From Macrostomum lignano (Eukaryota), in the NCBI GenBank assembly GCA_002269645.1, contig NIVC01000926.1, forward strand, positions 340,290 to 404,289: a stretch of DNA of 64,000 nt, read 5' to 3'. The stretch's first letter is position 1. Every line of letters starts with the position of its first letter. Of the stretch, positions 12,997 through 36,616 are shown piece after piece. Both the position numbers and the translations under genes were made by a program. A model generated the notes under the pieces. That model searched no databases. It saw only the letters and a list, made by a program, of their open reading frames with translations, and was not told the DNA's origin.

Positions 12997-13608
12997 TTGC
13001 TTGACAAGCCAATTTTTTTAACGATTCTGCGAGAGGCTGAGCAAGCCTGGCGCTAATCGCATCTTTGCCTGTTCCTTTATACGCGCAGAATTCCGGGGCA
13101 AAATTCCTAACTAGCTAATTAGGCAGGTAAAAAGGAGGCTTCTAGCATCCGCATGGTGGAGTTTTTCATATATTGGAAGCCCCTTAAACATGAATGGCAA
13201 TTGTTTGCAGAGGTTGTGTCTGGTTTGATTTCTAGTTCTCCCCTTCTTGGAAGAACTCACATCTGCTGCGAAACTTTCACACGAGACTCGGCTTAAATTA
13301 GGCGTCTCATAATTAGAAAAAAGACCTTGACAAGCCTCGAAGTCTAAAATGTCTTTTGTAGCACAATGGGCTCATGAAACTCAGCCAGTTGGCCATGAGA
13401 ACAGAAAAATCAGTCATGCAGCTCAACAGAACAAAGCAGGCCCTGTTAAATGACTCAGACGATAACACGGTTCGCTTAATTTGCTTGATAGAATGCCAGA
13501 GAATAGACCGAACCACGGAGCTTGTGTTTTATTAATCTTAACAGGAAAGTTTCTATTTTAGAGGACCATTCCAAATCGATTTCTTGCACTGTCAAAAGTT
13601 TCTTCAAT

Positions 13609-14352
13609 TTAGTTGAGTCGATACTTGACCCAGTCGGCGCTCGTCTCGATCTCGGCCTCCACCTGAGCGTCGGTGAACAGCAGCAGGCGGCAGGCTCTCA
13701 GCTTGCTGTTGTACAGCACGTGTCTGCAGTTTCCATTTCGCATGGCGGCAGCTGTGCATCTAATAGCGCCGCTCACATCCGTCACATCAGTGAAACAGTA
13801 ATCGGAGTTGTACTGCATGCGCTTGAAATTATCAAGCTTCCAAAAGCCAGAAGTGGATGTCCATGTAGTCGACTCGTTGGAAAACTCGCAGACAAAACCG
13901 TAGCGATGGTTGCAGGATCTGTCAGCAAGGCCGCTATCGTTTAAGCTGCGTAGGCAGTTGGTCCCACCTGGCTCGCTTGGATGGAACAAACTGTTGTTTT
14001 CCGGAAGCAGGCCTTTGCTGTTTATTCTCTGCCAACCAGCCCTGCTAGTGCCTCTCTCATCTGCCAGGTCGCTCAGTCCGACCCACAACTGGCAGCCGCG
14101 GTTGTCACTCGAAATGTTTCTGCGAACCACCAGCTTCACGGACTCGTACGAGTTGACCAACTCACCGCCTATGGAGGCACAGATACGGTTGGCCTCGCAC
14201 CATGTGTAGCTGTGCGCTGTGTTGACGAACACGCACTTGCCCGCCTCGAGGTAGAATGGAGAAGGGCACGACAGCAGAGCAAGCAGTGGAGGCAGAGATC
14301 CAAGGCAAACCGCCAAGACGACAGCAACCAAAGTAGTGGTACGAACCGTCAT
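13609..14352 (-). CDS. Intronless secreted C-type-lectin-like domain + C-terminal PAN/apple-like module, 247 aa
   Basis: Hydrophobic signal peptide; WCEANRICASIGGELV, LWVGLSD, EPGGTNC, SCNHRYGFVCE; tail C..AAMRNGNCRHVLYNSKLRACRL resembles the PAN C-x3-C-x-C pattern (assignment by eye). Confidence 0.85.
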   Translation of the reverse strand: MTVRTTTLVAVVLAVCLGSLPPLLALLSCPSPFYLEAGKCVFVNTAHSYTWCEANRICASIGGELVNSYESVKLVVRRNISSDNRGCQLWVGLSDLADERGTSRAGWQRINSKGLLPENNSLFHPSEPGGTNCLRSLNDSGLADRSCNHRYGFVCEFSNESTTWTSTSGFWKLDNFKRMQYNSDYCFTDVTDVSGAIRCTAAAMRNGNCRHVLYNSKLRACRLLLFTDAQVEAEIETSADWVKYRLN

Positions 14353-14812
14353 GCCAGGACTTAGCGCAAAAGCGAAATTTCATCAGTCTCATCTTGCTTT
14401 ATTTATAACTTTATTCAAATGCAGTTACTCCCTTCTTACCGCGTTAATTGTTTAAGAAAAGCCTTCTCGCTAGGCGTCCGTGTTTCCCGTATTGCGTCGG
14501 TCGAAGCAACTTCCTAGCAAAAAACAATGTTCTTTCCGTTTGCTGCATCGATCGCATCAACTTCTATTTAGTAGAGACCAAAAATCCTGCCATTGTTGCA
14601 TCCCAGCAAGTCTTCCGTTGTCTTCTTTTTTCTTTCTTTTTTCCTGTCAAATTCCCTATGGCTTGGGAGGCAGTTCCCAACTGTGACTAGTAAAACTCGA
14701 GTACAAATTTGTATGCGGTAAGAGGATGACTTTGTCCATATGATTCTCCTCGTGCCTCCGAGCGGTTTGACAAAGCAACATCGACTGCTTTCCAAGGCTT
14801 CTCTGAAAAAAT

Positions 14813-15120
14813 GGGGTTGTAGCCTTGTGATTGGAGCCTCAGACTCACGACTGGAAGGTCGGTGGTTCGATTCTCGACTCACTACGAGCAATTAGTGTCC
14901 TTGAGCAAGACGCTTAACTCTGAATTGGTTCAGTTCACCCAGCTGTAAAATGGGTGCCAGCATTAGCTGGGGTAATTGGGGGTGTGTGGCGACCTTCCAG
15001 TCCTTGGACTGAACAGCCGTACGCAGCCTTCAGATGCGCCGCGCAATAGCTGCGGCTGAGCTGTCGGTTGCACGTCTGCCTATTGAGGCAGCTAGGTGTA
15101 ATCAAATTTTATTATTATTA
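14813..15120 (+). mobile_element. tRNA-derived SINE with CORE/Meta-like central domain and (TTA)n tail
   Basis: A-box-like tagccttgtgattgg, B-box ggttcgattc, central gtgtccttgagcaagacgcttaact...cagctgtaaaatggg, tail ttttattattatta. No TSD found. Confidence 0.7.
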
Positions 15121-17619
15121 CTGGAACCGACAAGGACTCGTGGTATGACTGAGACGAACGAAGAAACGCAACGTATGTCTCAATTTCACTCACTTCGCCT
15201 TACTTTGGGATTCAAAAGGCCCAGATTACTTCAATCGTCCTTGTGTACTGATCCCACCCACTTGAAGACCAATTATGTATATACATATTTTGAGGCCAAT
15301 ATTTAAAAACACTGACCATCTCAAGATTATTGGCCCGTAAGTCACAAATCCTACAGCACCTCTTCAAAGAAATTTTATGATGTCTAGAAACACCAAGACA
15401 TCTTATGTCTAAGTCCCCTTGGTGTCCTTTGGAGTTTGGAAGTGTGAAATGATAATATACATGTACATGTAAATTTTTAATCAAAGGTCGCGCATAATCT
15501 TCCAGGATACCAAATGCACGATAGCTAAGAGCTTTCATGCACTACATGATGTAACTCCTGCCATTATTATACATGTAGATATCTGTCTGATCGAGCTGCA
15601 GATGTCTAAACATACAAATTTGTACATGCATATTTAACAAATTTGTACACGCCGGCATAATTCAGTGTTGAAAACGCAAGTTCATTTTAAACTTGTTAAA
15701 GCAGTACAGTAACAACTACAACAGGAAGGGTGCCATGATCACACACAAAAGCATAATACATGCACATGCACATGTATATAAATCGACATGAAAAGTTTTA
15801 TTATTTGTATTTTCAAGCGAAATGAAAGCATTCCTTGCCATGGATGAGCAGAGCTAGATATTACCTATATAATTTTTGCACTGCATATGCACTGCAAACT
15901 AACAAATATACGAGGGTATGTGCGTAAGTGCTAGTAACTACTAGCTGTAGGCAATGTACCGCATCATATATGATAACTGACACACTATATATTATAACGC
16001 GCGCAATCAGACAATCTGAAAAATACACGAAGCAAAAAGCATTTGACGGAGACGAACACAGAAGCTGACAAAAAAAGCTATGTACTGTAAAATACACTAA
16101 GCATTAGCTACTACTCACAGCCATATCGTTGGTTGTATATGAATCGTAGAGATGTTATAATCACGGTAAAAAAATACAATGACGTGAAATGGAATTGAGC
16201 GCAATTGTTATAGAGTTATTTTTCATTAAAAAAACCTGTTGCAAATCAAGCAGATCGACAAAATCAGTTTGTAGGAGTACAGATTCCAGTGTGCGCAGAC
16301 TGCTATTTTAATAACATAATATAAAATAGTTGTGTTATCATTATCAGCCAAAAACATTAATCACAGTTATAGTACGGAGTCGTTTCAGGATTTTACAAGT
16401 AAAATTAGATTTTTTAACGTCACATCGATGCAGATTTTATATTACACAAAGTTTGTTTAAATTTGAATTGTCTGAAAAAATGAGCTTACACTCACGTTTT
16501 AATCTGAATCTTTCTGAAAAGTTAATGCCTGTTAGAAAAAATACACAACATAGCTTACAGAGAACAAACTGATATGCACAGGCGTGAAATCTTCCGGCTT
16601 TAGTAATCAGTAACGAAGTAATTACTAATTTCTATTTAAACAAAAAAGTTAATCAAAGAATCTGTATCACAGTCGCAAATAATTCTGAGAGTAGGGTAGT
16701 TAAAAAGCCAAATTAAAAATAAATTTAAGTTTTAAACTCTACGGAAAAGTATAGCTTGGAATGTTTTCGTTTCAAGAGTTAATCACAAAATACTTTTGAA
16801 TAAAAATATCAACTTTAATTTAACATAAAAAATTCAGCTCTTTTTTGCTGAATTAAGGCATTAACTGCAGGCATAGATAAAATATCCCGAATTTGAGTGG
16901 ATATTTTTGTGGGTGGCACTGAGAGTTGCGTAGTAAACGGTTTGGCGGGGCGCTTTAATATCTGTTGTTGGAATTGGAATGATGTCGAATTAAAATTGGG
17001 CACAGCAATGCAGCGTGTGAAAGAGTTCTTACAGAGAAATTGCTACATAAATAGCTGAAATTTTAACTTAGATATTCAAAAAGCATCATTGAGTGACCTT
17101 GGTTACTTTTAGCTACGAGCATAAAAGGTAACAAAATGAGAATAAAGCATTTAAAATCACCTATAAACTTATTTCAACAATGCTCAATGAAAGCGATTAA
17201 CTGACATTTCCTTCACCTGCATAGCACTTTCTCTAGCAAATCCTTGTTTAAAAGAAAAGTCGAAAAGCTGCAATGTAAATTAAAACAAAACAATCTCGAA
17301 GGAAAAGCACACAATTTTATAAAACCCGGAAATGATTTTTAAACGAGTTGAAATATTTCAAAGTGAGCAATTTTGCGAAGAGCTAAGCGGAGCAAGTTAT
17401 TTAAATACGACGTTATTCTCAATCTACATTCAAACTACGCACATCTAACAGTTGCATGGAGAGAAGCAAATAAAGCATAAATAATAAACGCCAATCAAAT
17501 CAAAAATTGAGCCGGCTAAAAGCAGCAGAGAGGACAAAAACAAAAATCAACCGACGTAGGTTTGCATTTCCATGAAAAAACAGCCAGTGTTTTTTTTAAA
17601 AGCAAATTTAAAACGTAAC

Positions 17620-30683
<13,064 letters not shown>

Positions 30684-31054
30684 TTTGGTCGGGCTTTATG
30701 TAAATTAACCCGAAAGCCGGAGCGAAGGCAGTTCGGTTGAGTCGACTTTATAATTAGTGCTCAGGTAGGTATATTTAAGGCGTGCCGCAATGACGCAGTG
30801 AAAAATTCCTTTGAGACCAGTTGCGATAAAAAGATAGAGAGATTCTAAGAAAGTCTCGTTTCAAACTGTGACCCTGCGAAGATACGCTGAACTTCTGCTT
30901 TGGAAGAAAGAAAATGTATTTATTTTCTTACCTGCGTTCAACAGAGATCGGAGCTATATAGAAAAATCAGAGACTGCTTAGGGAAACCGAATTGTTCTTT
31001 TCTCTCGTTTCAAACATGACCTTATTTGAGGCTAATACAGAGATTCGCCGCTTC

Positions 31055-31120
<66 letters not shown>

Positions 31121-32091
31121 TAAATGCACACAGTCTTGCTTTGGTGGGGACTCGAAGCTCTGTTGCTTGTACACGTGCGTACCTTCTCTCTTGAGAAAAT
31201 AAAGAATTCAACGCACAAAACAAATTGCGCAGTATGGCAAAAATGACGAATAGAAAGCCCCCCCCCCGACTGGTGGTCGAATAGTCAGAGAAAATAGGAA
31301 TTAAAATGAGCTGCAGGTGGCTGTGTTGCTGTGCCCCACTGCCCCACTCCTGTGCCTTGGCCGACTATGGCTGGCACCGAGTATGCATGCCCCCCGCAGG
31401 CTGCCTTACCTGTTTGAAACGAGTGGCATCATTATTAGCGAACTCAACCTCTCTGACCCACCTCTCACTGTCCCTGTCTATCCTCTGCGTTATTCCTATT
31501 TGGCATTTCTTCTGCTTGACAGCTCATTTCTGACCTTCCTGTTCTCTTGGACATATAAGCTTCTGTTCTGCTCTGTATAAACAGTATGCCGAGTACGTGC
31601 ACGGGGTTCTGGGGTGTATAAATTGGATGGAGAGTTACCTAATGCTGGAACTGCACATACAAAAATAAGGGCAAACACACGCAAAATGGCATACATTGAT
31701 TAAATAAACAGTCTACTTATTAGCTTACCGAATTTCCTCCTTGATTTCCTCAATAGAAAAGCATTAAAGCAGACAACACGGGATGGAAGTCATCAGGACA
31801 AAAATCAGCAAAACAGTTATAGTTAAGATAAACAAAAAAACAAAAACAACAAGGAGTGACGACACAATTCATAGACATTAAAATTGTTTAAGGAAAAAGG
31901 TGGGCAAACAAAAATTTAATTGAATACCTGCAACTGCTGAGAATTCTAGCTATAATCCCACCACAAACTCAACCAAAACCAGCAAAACTGAAGCATACAG
32001 ATGCCGAACAACATTTATTTGTTTAAATATCGGGTCTACTCAATATTGGGCAGAACCGCATTGAGGCGTCTCGCACTGCTCTCTGGCTTAC

Positions 32092-33621
32092 CTTCGCGTG
32101 ATGTCGGAACGCCGTTGCTGCTTCCTCAGCTGCTTCATTGCTGGCTCCGAGGCCAACAGTGCTGAGCTCGTCATAGCTAAAATATCTGGTCATCTTTGCT
32201 TTCAGATTCTCTTCCTCAAATGTGGGAATAGATGCCTCCTTCTTAGGCCTTGTGCTAACAGTAAGGTCTTCTGCGGCATCGAACGTGGCCAGGATGGTTG
32301 GATTCTCGTAGCTAAATATGAAATCGCTAGACTTATTCCTGGTCAGCTGCTGCTCCTTTGACTTGGGCTTCTTCAATATTGACTTCGGCTTCTTCATAGC
32401 AGCAACTTGGCTGGCGCTGGGGCTGGAACCCACTGGGTCCGAGTACAACGACGAGTTGAGGTCGGAGGCCCTGTCAATGTCGATTGACATGCCGTCGTCG
32501 GCGCTGGGATCGATGTACCTGCCCGACTCCGACTTTGAAACCGTTCGAATAGGAATTCTGCGACCGTAAATATCCTGCGAGGACAGCTGCTGCTGGGTGT
32601 CCGACATCGCCTGCTGACTGTGATAAGATCCATCGCTTGACTGTCTGGAGTGCTGGTGCTGATGACCGGACTTCTTCGGCAGAGTGGTGTAGTCGCCGGC
32701 TCCCCGCTGCGCCCTCTGCTGCTTCAGCTGCTCATCTGAGATGTACATGTAGTCCGAGCCTCTGCCGTGAGACTTCGGTGCTGCAGCTGCCAACTGTTCA
32801 GCCTTGCTCCTGCTTCTCTCCGGATCCTCTTTGGTCACCTCAACGAAGGTGCTGCCAAAGCTCGGCCGCTTTTGCACCCGAGGCCTTCGATGCAGTGAAC
32901 TCGAAGAGCTGCTCTCGTTGCTGCTGGTTCGTCTCACGCTGCTGGATGACTCCTGAGTCGGCTTCCGGCTCGGCATTGGGGCCGTCTCCACGAATAGCTT
33001 GCCCTGCTTGATCTCGATAGCTTTCACGATCGGCTGATAGGTGTCCTCTTGTATCGCCTTCCTGTGCCGTGGAGCCTGCGGCTGCGCCACGTTGGCCGTA
33101 GATTTGGACAGGTGGCTGCCCAGACTCTGCTTTGACAATTGACCGTGCGCAGCGCTTGTGTCCAGCACGTAGTAGTGCTTCGCCGCCTCCTTCTTTGGCG
33201 ACTCGTAGCTTCTTTGTTGCGTTCGAGAACTGTGCTTTGAATTGTAGGCGTCAAGCGTGCTCGGGGGGTGCTGCATGCGCCTGCTGCTGCTGCTGCTGTT
33301 GCTTCCGATGCTACCGGAATCCATCAGTACCTGCGATGATGTACTCTTTTTCAGTATGGATTGAAGCGGCTTCTCCTGCTGATGATCTTTGGCGTGGAAT
33401 GTCTTTTTTGACTTCATGACCCGGTTTGAAATCATGTGACCGCCGAAGCCCAGCTCCGAGCTGCACACATAGTCGCTCTCTTGCTGCTGCGGAGGCTTCA
33501 GTTGACTTTTTGGACGGTACTCTTTCGGCGTCTCTTGCGTACGGGCACTTGCTTCGCATGTTTGCTCTTGATCGCCAAAAGTAAGATCCGATAAAGAAGA
33601 GGATCTAGCAAACTTTATCAT
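32092..33621 (-). CDS. Large (510-codon) Ser/Gln/Lys-rich, probably disordered coding exon of unknown identity; possibly an alternative 5' exon of Shank
   Basis: 532-codon non-repetitive ORF starting at ATG 33621 with exon-like GC content; strong phase-0 donor AAG|GTAAGC at 32091. No domain recognised. Confidence 0.65.
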
Positions 33622-35461
33622 TCCAACAGCGACTAAGCTTATACGGCCACTCTATAAATCTCATAAACGATAATAGTTCTATTGCTACCATAAACACAAA
33701 AAATAAGCTCTACTAAGAAAAATTAATAGCTTACTTTTGTCAAGTTATGCCTTGCTAGTTTATAGGACTAAATGTGAAAAAATTTATACAAAAGTGACAT
33801 GCAAGCAAGGCGCGCAAAGTCTCTTTTATAGAAGCAAAAGCAATAATTGCGCGGTGAGGCAAGAAATACTCCTATCTGTGGGTGACTTACTCAATTATTT
33901 GAGCCAGCGCACGTCCGAACGATGAGTCATCAGCTTCGCCATTTCTGATTGTTCCCTAAAGCAAAGCCTAAAATGTACATTGGCTGTGTAGAAAAAGTTC
34001 ATACAATGGTATTAGGAAGTTTATTATACAGAAGACGGATCAGTTAGAATATTTATTTTCATTGTTAAAAGGTTCAAATTTACAGCAACTATTTAACTGT
34101 GTAATTTCTTTGATAAATATTAGTTATACATATGGAAAAAATCAAAAAATCGAAATTCTTCGAAACCAACAAAAACTACACGTGCCTTTTGTTCAAGAAC
34201 TTTCCGCTGTGTCATCTCTGACTTTAAATTTGTAACTATAGTTGGTACATGTATAAGTCTGCAATAAATGCGTTGTAAGAGGCTTTTTAATTTGCTAAGC
34301 ATGCATACAGAAGCATACATTTTTATTGTTAGCTATTAAGATATTAATAAAATAATAATAATAAAATAATAATAAAATACAGAGTAATAAAATACAGCAG
34401 AAATAATAAAATAAATAAAACATAATCTAAATAGATATTTGATTCAGTATGCTGTATACCCTATATTCTAAAGGCTAAACTAATAGTTAACAAGAATTCA
34501 TTGTATTTTTACTTCTCATCCATCAAAGTTCAAAGCAGAAAAGTTTTATACTTACTAAATATGAGAATTTAGCCTGCTAGATAATTAATCTTCAGTTATT
34601 TGTCACCTCGAATTTATTAGGGACCTACTATGGATGTCAATAATTCTAGTGCATCTGTATTTATTTTATATATTTTTTGCAGATAATTAAGCATATTTAT
34701 GACAGATGCTCTCTAAAAGTCAATTTTTTATGTCTTGGTCAGATTATTTGAAGTAATAGTTTTCTAAATTGGATCAGACTTAAAAATTGCATTGTCTGTT
34801 TTTTAATTTTTCTGCAATAAAGCATGTAATAGCATGCAATAAAACATAAAGGATGTATGGGGGAATAATACAAGGGAATTTTTTTATTGATGCATTAGAG
34901 TTTATTCTTTTGCTATGCCTATAGTAAGCTAACTAGTATATGAGGATACCAATAGTTATTAGGTGTTAAAAATGAAGGTTAATTTGGAATTTAAAATTCA
35001 TTGCATAGAAATTATCATTTAGTTTTTGAATTAGTTTCGACGACGCAGTTTAAGCACCTGAGATGTACATGTACAGCGCAGTCTCTAAATAGAGACAAGC
35101 AGCCACTGGGTAGAGAGGACTAAAAGAGAGCCATAGCCTGCCTGTGCTCTTAAGTTGAAGTAATTTCAGTGTTTGCAACAATAACGCTTGCTTATATTGT
35201 GTGCATCTTTTCGAGTTGCCACTCAACTGTAAATAGTTTTTTATGCAAAAACTGTTCTCATTTGATGAATAAGAAGTACAGTTCGCTTGAGCCCTAACAA
35301 ATTCACTGCGGTTTTACAACTTTAAAAAAAGTTTTTTAGCAATATTTGCAAAGCTTACTTAGAGTAGCTAGAGTGCATATAACAAGTTTATTTTCGTCCT
35401 GATGAGTAAAACCTATTGTAAGGATTTTACTGAATTGCTGCTTTCAAACTTTGGCGCCGTA

Positions 35462-35720
35462 CAGGGGCGTCGCCACCGGGGGGACAGGGGGCAATGCTTT
35501 GTCCCCCCACCCCATCTTTATTGACCTGCTATGCAAATCAATAATTTTGCTGCTTCAGGGCGACAAACATAGCGCATGCAGCGCTAAAATGAGTGCCTGC
35601 GGCGCTGACAACACCGATTCTCAGAAAAAATGTACATGCAGAAATTTATTCATGTACATGTACGTCGTAAAATTCATTGCTTTGTGTCCCCCCAACAAAA
35701 AACCATGGCGACACCCCCTG
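35462..35720. mobile_element. MITE with CAGGGG-type TIRs (hAT-like)
   Basis: Ends caggggcgtcgcca / tggcgacaccccctg; flanks gcgccgta vs gcagcata are only 5/8 identical. Confidence 0.55.
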
Positions 35721-36616
35721 GCAGCATATAATATTGACTATCTTTCTATACAAAGGCAAAGGTGCCAAGTCAAGTGTATTCAGTGAGCAAAGCTGCAAAA
35801 TTTGGACCAGCTTTTAGGCTTAAAATTTTTTATTCTCGTTGTATGTTTCTTTCAAACAGACTAACCCAGCCCACGAAATGTTTCTAAGAATTAAAGACAG
35901 TTCTCAGGTATGCCGTCTCAGTCTCAGATACACTTTCCGGCCAGCCTCACTCGATTTTCTAGCGATGCAAACTGAGCGCCTCTTTCGCGTGGTTAGCAAT
36001 GGCAGGGGTCTTTGAGCAGTAAAAAAAATCCGAGCACAGACCTTCCTACCCTCGAATTGTACATTGAATTTGTTTTAATGCGTTGCTAAGTCGGTGAGGC
36101 TTGAGTTATTAGTAAGACGCGATGTCGCATTGAGTTTGGATGGTTAATGAGCCCTCGCTAGCTTGCTAGTCGCTTGCGATACTCGCTTGCGATACTTATT
36201 CCATTAAATTTTTCACCTCTTTTTACGAAGAAAAAAATGTACGTTTTAGGGGCTTCCAGTTGCACCCAGTTGACAATAGCAGTCTAATTTCCTGCTTTGT
36301 TAGAAAGAAAATAGTGGAAAGACTTTTCAGTCCGATAAATAGCGGTTACAAGCGTGTATGCAGAAACTATACTTAAAGCATGATGAAATACAACTTTTCC
36401 ATCTCTCAACCCCAAGCTAGAAGTAACCTATAAGCGTTCGTATCTTTTAGTAGACTCTTCAAAAAAAGAGAAAAAGCATACAGTTTTTTGTTAGCAACAG
36501 TTCGCTTCCAGGGAATAAGTGTTTCAATTTTAGGCCTAAAATCTGACTGTCGAATTTTGCTATTTCCACTCTTATCATAGAATTTGTTTACTCCTGATTC
36601 ACACTCAGTTTAATCA

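Noticed and set aside
14813-14875. Genuine tRNA gene
   Set aside because: A and B boxes are present but I could not fold a cloverleaf, and it continues into a SINE body and tail; the same applies to 43200-43278.
15212-15538. HHKISLKRCCRICD resembles the RAG1/Chapaev N-terminal HxxxLxxxCRICG motif
   Set aside because: The downstream PxxxCxxC and any transposase sequence or TIRs are absent; too short to support.
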